NCBI GenBank assembly: GCA_964415395.1
Contig: CAYPZU010000003.1
Location: forward strand, 5,670 to 69,669
Reading direction: 5' to 3'
DNA: 64,000 nucleotides
From: an uncultured bacterium
Lineage (GTDB): Bacteria; Chlamydiota; Chlamydiia; Chlamydiales; SM23-39
Both the position numbers and the translations under genes were made by a program. A model generated the notes under the pieces. It had not been told where the DNA came from. It worked only from the letters and a program-made list of their open reading frames with translations, and searched no databases. Each line of letters begins with the position of its first letter. The first letter of the stretch is position 1. Shown here piece after piece: positions 59,233-64,000 of the stretch.

Positions 59233-60933
59233 ATGCGCTGGCTATTCCGCTCTGATTTTCGCTCTTTTTATCTATTGAATGCGACTCAGTTCCTGGGAGC
59301 TCTCAACGACAACGTCTTCAAGCTCCTCGTCATTTATCTCCTGATCTACGTGAAAGGCCCTGCATCCGCCAACTCGATTCTTTCGATTGCAGGAGCCGTA
59401 TTTGTCATGCCGTTTCTCTTCTTCTCCTCAAGCGCAGGGATCCTGGCCGACCGGATCAGCAAGAGAACCATCATCGTAGCCACTAAAGTTCTCGAGCTCG
59501 TCATCATGGCCTTCGGACTTTTGTGCGTTTACTACGAATGGGAATTCGGCCTCTACACAGCCCTCTTTTTCATGGCGACCCAGAGCACTCTCTTCGGCCC
59601 CTCCAAATACGGGATCATCCCGGAGCTTGTAGAGGGGAAAATGGTCTCAAAAGCGAATGGGTCGATGACCTCCTTCACCTATCTGGCGATCATTCTCGGC
59701 ACCTTTCTCGCCTCGTTCATAACGGACATCACCGACAAGAATTTTATTCTCGAATCGTATTTCTGCATTCTGATCGCTTTGATCGGAGTCCTCACGAGCT
59801 TAGGGATCCGGCGCACAGCCCCTCAAAATTCGCCAAAGAAAATCAATCCTTTTTTCCTCTATGAAGTGTATCAAACTCTCAAGGTGAGCTGGAACATCCC
59901 GCATCTGCTTCCAGCTATTTTGGGATCCTCCTTTTTTCTCTTCATCGGAGCCTTCACGCAGCTCAACATTATCCCGTTCGCCATGCAGTCTCTTGGCTTA
60001 AGCGAAGTGGGCGGGGGGTACCTCTTCCTGGCAACCGCAGTGGGGATCGCCATCGGAGCGGTCATCTCAGGCCAGCTCTCGAAAGACCGGGTTGAACCGG
60101 GCATCTCCTGCATAGCGGGATTTTTCATCGCATTTTTCTTCCTCTGCCTCTGTCTCTTTTCTTTCTCACTGATTATGACGATCATTATTCTTAGCCTGCT
60201 GGGACTCTTCGGCGGAGCCTATCTGATCCCTTTCGACTCGTTTCTCCAAGTCAATAGCCCTGACGAAAAAAGGGGGCAAGTCATCGCAACATCAAATTTC
60301 TTCAGTTTTTTCGGCGTGCTGATGGCTTCCTTCGCCCTCTATTTCATCAGCGAGGAGCTGGAATTCACTGCGGCCAGCGGATTTGCCCTGATGGGACTCC
60401 TGACGCTGATTGCGAACATCATCATCACAGGGCGCCTCTCCGCGCTATTCCTTCCCTTTTTCGTCCAAAGAGTCCTTAAGAAGTTCAGAAGGCTCAAACT
60501 CGCCTCGCCCATCCCCCTGCCGAGCCAAGTGATCATCCTCCAGAGCAATTCGTGGTGGGACGCCCTGCTCCTATTCTCCTGCGTCCCGAAACTGAAAATT
60601 CTGCTGCCCGACCGCTATTTCCGCCGCTTTCCCTGGTTCAACGGCCTCGTTGCTTCCATGCGGATTGTTCCCCCGGAACCGGATATCGACTCCACTCTAG
60701 AAATGCTTTTAGGGCAGGCGAAGCGGATACAGGATCAAAACTGCACAGCCTGCCTATTCTTCCACAGAAGAGAAGACAGCACTGAGATTATTCATTCGTA
60801 TAAGAAAGTGTTTGGACGGTTGAAATATGAGATTGTGTTCGCTCATGGCATCAAAGAGCGGACGCCGAAGAAATTCCTCTTCTTCAACTACTTCCAGAAA
60901 CAGATCACAATGACATTCACAAAAGAGCCTTAA
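59233..60933 (+). CDS. LplT-like MFS lysophospholipid transporter fused to a C-terminal PlsC/Aas-like acyltransferase-type domain
   Basis: The N-terminus is LplT-like (FRSFYLLNATQFLGALNDNVFKLLVIYLL) with about 12 TM segments. The C-terminal 150 aa or so align by eye with the Aas acyltransferase domain, but HX4D reads S-NSWW-D. Confidence 0.7.
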   Translation: MRWLFRSDFRSFYLLNATQFLGALNDNVFKLLVIYLLIYVKGPASANSILSIAGAVFVMPFLFFSSSAGILADRISKRTIIVATKVLELVIMAFGLLCVYYEWEFGLYTALFFMATQSTLFGPSKYGIIPELVEGKMVSKANGSMTSFTYLAIILGTFLASFITDITDKNFILESYFCILIALIGVLTSLGIRRTAPQNSPKKINPFFLYEVYQTLKVSWNIPHLLPAILGSSFFLFIGAFTQLNIIPFAMQSLGLSEVGGGYLFLATAVGIAIGAVISGQLSKDRVEPGISCIAGFFIAFFFLCLCLFSFSLIMTIIILSLLGLFGGAYLIPFDSFLQVNSPDEKRGQVIATSNFFSFFGVLMASFALYFISEELEFTAASGFALMGLLTLIANIIITGRLSALFLPFFVQRVLKKFRRLKLASPIPLPSQVIILQSNSWWDALLLFSCVPKLKILLPDRYFRRFPWFNGLVASMRIVPPEPDIDSTLEMLLGQAKRIQDQNCTACLFFHRREDSTEIIHSYKKVFGRLKYEIVFAHGIKERTPKKFLFFNYFQKQITMTFTKEP

Positions 60934-61958
60934 AGAAGGCCTTTTTTCACAAAATAAAGATCGAGAAGCCGATAGAGCAGCACATATTGGGCTTTTTGCC
61001 CAACCATATGGAAACGCTGCAGGGAAAGCTGGCTGACGATTTCATCAACGCTCAGTTGAATCTCCTCCAGTTTTTTCCCCGCATTCAGCTGCTCTTCCGC
61101 CATCTGGATGAGTGTGAAAGCGGCAATAAAGGTCCCTGTTCGGCCGACGCCTGCGCTGCAATGGACAGCGATCAGATCTTTTTCAGGGCTATAGCCTGCC
61201 CGAACCTTCTGAACCAATTGATAAAGAAGCTCCGGATGGGTTCCGTGATTATCGACCCAGTCTTCGCAAACGTAATAGGGGAGATCCACTGAATAACTAT
61301 CCCTACGAGGAACAGAGAGAATCCATTCATCCTGCCCAGAAACCGGAGCCATTCTCCCCTCCCAATAGGGATGACACTTCTTTTGCGCTCCATCGTAGCT
61401 AGGAGTCAATCGGACAAGGCGGCTTGCATGAGAATTGAGGAGCAGCCGAAAGAATCCAGCCTCGTCTTTCGAGCGCGTTCCTTCCATCGCAAGAAACCGA
61501 AGCCCTTCGATGTTGATATTGCTCGAATTGTAATAGTCGCAGCTCTTGTTGTAATCGAAAGCGACGCAATTAGGGACCCGGACATGGTCGCCTACAATCA
61601 ATTCTTCAGCGATTGCAAAGTCTGGATGCACCTCGCGGACAGGATCTTTCAAACTCACATACCAGGCGAGCGTACGGTCTTCAAAAATCCGCAGAAACTC
61701 TGCTTCGATTTCCTGCTGCGGCCTATGCGGCGACCAAGCGCGGAAAATTTTTCCAGCCCGGAATCGATCCCATCGTTTCTCAAATTCAGCCCGCGCTATC
61801 TGAAATCGGGCATCTACAGCTCCTTTTGATTGGACAGCAGGACCCTGATCGAATAAATGAAGCTTGGCTGACTCTAACCAATCTGAATTCTGGGAAAAAC
61901 CTGCAACGGAAATGAGAAAAAGAGCCGCTTTAGAAAGCGTAGATAAATTCGAGTTCAT
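60930..61958 (-). CDS. secreted classical protein-tyrosine phosphatase
   Basis: It has a signal peptide (MNSNLSTLSKAALFLISVAGFS). The P-loop is VHCSAGVGRTGTF (CX5R), a WPD-like loop reads EDWVDNHGTHP, and a CHPYW motif is present. Confidence 0.85.
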   Translation of the reverse strand: MNSNLSTLSKAALFLISVAGFSQNSDWLESAKLHLFDQGPAVQSKGAVDARFQIARAEFEKRWDRFRAGKIFRAWSPHRPQQEIEAEFLRIFEDRTLAWYVSLKDPVREVHPDFAIAEELIVGDHVRVPNCVAFDYNKSCDYYNSSNINIEGLRFLAMEGTRSKDEAGFFRLLLNSHASRLVRLTPSYDGAQKKCHPYWEGRMAPVSGQDEWILSVPRRDSYSVDLPYYVCEDWVDNHGTHPELLYQLVQKVRAGYSPEKDLIAVHCSAGVGRTGTFIAAFTLIQMAEEQLNAGKKLEEIQLSVDEIVSQLSLQRFHMVGQKAQYVLLYRLLDLYFVKKGLL

Positions 61959-63261
61959 ATTGTTTGAAGTGGATGTCGGGACCGATACTCTTGTTCAGCG
62001 TATCGGAATATTTGAACGTTTGCTGAATAACCAGGTTGTTGGTGAGCGCGTAAAGACCTTCCAACTCAAAACCCTTATAATTGCACGCTCCAGTTGCGGT
62101 AGCCTGAGTCGTCGGACCGCCGCTTCCGTTCACATTATTCGTGTAGAGGCCCACTTTCGCGGCGTTGCCCCTTCCGATCCCAAGCACATCGTAATCAGGA
62201 ACCGTTTGAGCCTGAACCCACTGGTAGTTCGCATCGATCGCCCAGTCGCCGGCTTTTCTGGCGACGCCTATTGAGAATCCCGCGTACCAGCCCCAGTTTT
62301 GTTTTTTGCCGCCCGTCTGTTCAACGCCGTGGGCCAGGTGGTTCGTAAGACCCGCCCCGTAGATTTTCAACAACCGCTTCCCAAGCCACTGAGGGTAAGC
62401 TTGATAGTAAATAAGAACCTGGGAAACTAAATATTTGAAACGGAGTTCGGTCAAAGCCGTTTCCTCAGCCGTCTGCCCCTGCTCATATTCTCCACCTGGC
62501 CTGTACCAATCGATCAGAGAATACTTAGCATTCATCGGAGAGCTTCCGATCTTCAGAGCGCCCATTTCCTGGACAAAGCCATAGTGGTTTGTCATATCGT
62601 TAACGAGGAAGGCGCCGAGATTGTAGTAATAATCCCCAATGCTCTCGAAAGCTTTGTTGAAGCGCAGCAAAAGCCCGTCGTAAATCGAGGAAAACTCGAT
62701 CTTCGACTCAAATACGTTAAAAAGGTATCTCCTGCCGATCTCGCCGTCGAAGGTGAAAGTGTCGCCGGCGACCATCCGGCCCCCGAGATAAGCCTTTTCG
62801 AGTTTGATATGGTCTACGGTTCCGCTGCGCAGCCCCATATCGTTGTCGAATTCAATTTTCACAGCGGCCCAGGTTCTGTCTGTGCGATAGTCGATCATCA
62901 GATTGAATTCGACGTCCCAGGCATACATCGGCTTCGCTTTCGGATAATTCGGAGCGAGTTCCGGATCGTTATACTGCTGGATTCCGTTCCTTCTCTCATT
63001 CCCGACCTGAAACTCGGTCCGGACTTCGCCGCTCAGAGATAAATCGCCGCCGATTTCTTTTACAGAAACCAGCCGCTTGTCTCTCAGCCAGCGGCGCAAA
63101 GCATCCATGTCTTTGCTTTCATTATCGCTTTTCTGGTCGAATTGAACGTCTGCTGTTTGCGCAATCGTCCCTTGGGAAGCAACAGGAGGTTCCGCCTGCT
63201 GTGCAAGAAGAGGCAAACTGAAAAGAGGCGCAGCGAAAAGGAAGCGAAGGAACTTGAACAT
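61930..63261 (-). CDS. outer-membrane beta-barrel protein (porin-like)
   Basis: It has a signal peptide (MFKFLRFLFAAPLFSLPLLAQQ). Alternating amphipathic strands follow, with an aromatic C-terminus (...YELEFIYAF). Confidence 0.7.
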   Translation of the reverse strand: MFKFLRFLFAAPLFSLPLLAQQAEPPVASQGTIAQTADVQFDQKSDNESKDMDALRRWLRDKRLVSVKEIGGDLSLSGEVRTEFQVGNERRNGIQQYNDPELAPNYPKAKPMYAWDVEFNLMIDYRTDRTWAAVKIEFDNDMGLRSGTVDHIKLEKAYLGGRMVAGDTFTFDGEIGRRYLFNVFESKIEFSSIYDGLLLRFNKAFESIGDYYYNLGAFLVNDMTNHYGFVQEMGALKIGSSPMNAKYSLIDWYRPGGEYEQGQTAEETALTELRFKYLVSQVLIYYQAYPQWLGKRLLKIYGAGLTNHLAHGVEQTGGKKQNWGWYAGFSIGVARKAGDWAIDANYQWVQAQTVPDYDVLGIGRGNAAKVGLYTNNVNGSGGPTTQATATGACNYKGFELEGLYALTNNLVIQQTFKYSDTLNKSIGPDIHFKQYELEFIYAF

Positions 63262-63316
63262 TACATGCCTACTAAACGAATGAAAGAATATAGGGAAGAT
63301 CTCTTTTAAAGGGAAG

Positions 63317-64000
63317 TCAGAATCTCACCTGCGCCGACACAGATGCGCCCTGCTCAAACCAGCCCCGGTATTCGGCGCTTAAAAAAAAGCGGGAGCCATT
63401 GGAAATCGTGCAGCCCGCAAAAGGTCCTGAGAGAATCAGCGCCCGAAAACTGATTTGCTCCGCCTTGAAATTCGTGCCGTTGAACGTCCAGCCTGCATAG
63501 GGCGCGAGAAATCGGAACTTATGCGACAGGGCAAACGCACCCTGCCAGTAGGAATATTCAGCTCCAGAGTCTTTCCAGATCCCCGCCTGTCCATCGGCGG
63601 CAAATACGGTATCTTGGGCTTCGAGCAGCACAAGCTTGATATCGCCGCCCAGAAAAAAACCCGATCCTGAGCCTCTAATCGACTGGCGCTGATCGTTCCA
63701 CCGCCATTTAAAACGGGCCGACCCCAGATTCATCTGTATGTTGAGTTTCTCCCGTATGCACCAAACAAGATTTGCAATCTGGGAATTTCCCTCCATCTTG
63801 ATCTTAGAAAGAGGAAGATGGGAAAATTTTTTTGCAGGCATCAGTTTTTTTTGGATCAGAAAATCTTGCGTGGCTCCAGCCTGGACATTCGACCAAAAGG
63901 TGTCAGGGATCCAAAATCCTTCGTCCAGGAGAACAGGGTTTGCGGGATTGCCCACAGGGGCCGAGAACAGCGGAAGAGCAAGCAGGCAGAAGAGCAATTT
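63317..64000 (-). CDS. MOMP-like outer-membrane protein (5' end may lie beyond the window edge)
   Basis: The N-terminal region LPLFSAPVGNPANPVLLDEGFWIPD resembles the chlamydial MOMP N-terminus (VGNPAEPSL..DG..WEG). The beta-barrel ends ...SAQVRF. The reading frame is still open at position 64000. Confidence 0.7.
   Translation of the reverse strand, partial: KLLFCLLALPLFSAPVGNPANPVLLDEGFWIPDTFWSNVQAGATQDFLIQKKLMPAKKFSHLPLSKIKMEGNSQIANLVWCIREKLNIQMNLGSARFKWRWNDQRQSIRGSGSGFFLGGDIKLVLLEAQDTVFAADGQAGIWKDSGAEYSYWQGAFALSHKFRFLAPYAGWTFNGTNFKAEQISFRALILSGPFAGCTISNGSRFFLSAEYRGWFEQGASVSAQVRF

Overview
The window is a dense, almost fully coding chromosomal segment that I attribute by inference to an environmental member of the Chlamydiota. 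The grounds are a MOMP-like outer-membrane protein starting ...APVGNPANPVLLDEGFWIPD, a chlamydia-style minimal type II secretion cluster, proteins with Inc-like bilobed hydrophobic domains, a sigma-66-type rpoD, and Tol-Pal and MreC alongside murI. I call about 58 protein genes and one tRNA-Ala(GGC). I saw no rRNA, CRISPR array, transposase, integrase or prophage.

Recognisable blocks:
- tolQ-tolR-tolA-like-tolB-pal, followed by a LysM lipoprotein and murI
- an OmpR-type response regulator with no adjacent kinase
- two MFS transporters flanking a glycine-zipper lipoprotein, an Inc-like TPR protein and an orphan ShlB/FhaC-type (TpsB) transporter
- prs, and two beta-carbonic anhydrases (one exported)
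- an exported TPR protein followed by a VWA protein, rsmD and coaD
- a large exported MORN-repeat protein
- gspC-like-D-E-F-G plus one pseudopilin
- mutY, a GT4 glycosyltransferase and copA in head-to-tail overlap
- two tandem TagF-like glycerophosphotransferase paralogs
- mreC, aspC, rpoD, a CoiA-like protein, rpsT and recC-recB-recD
- an LplT-like MFS fused to a degenerate acyltransferase domain
- an OMP-OMP-secreted tyrosine phosphatase string

I did not find a clear-cut novel multi-gene system such as a defence island. The best candidates for new biology are:
1. a repeated inverted-repeat leader or MITE-like element sitting on two unrelated start codons
2. the TagF-like pair, which suggests a phosphodiester-linked envelope polymer
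3. the orphan TpsB with a Cys-rich, poly-proline N-terminus
4. an alpha/beta hydrolase whose start codon appears converted (ATGA to ATAA) downstream of a coupled 39-aa Lys/Pro-rich ORF
5. the porin-PTP operon
6. a recurring TGTCA-N8-TGACA operator-like motif

All family calls come from motif recognition by eye. No database search was run.
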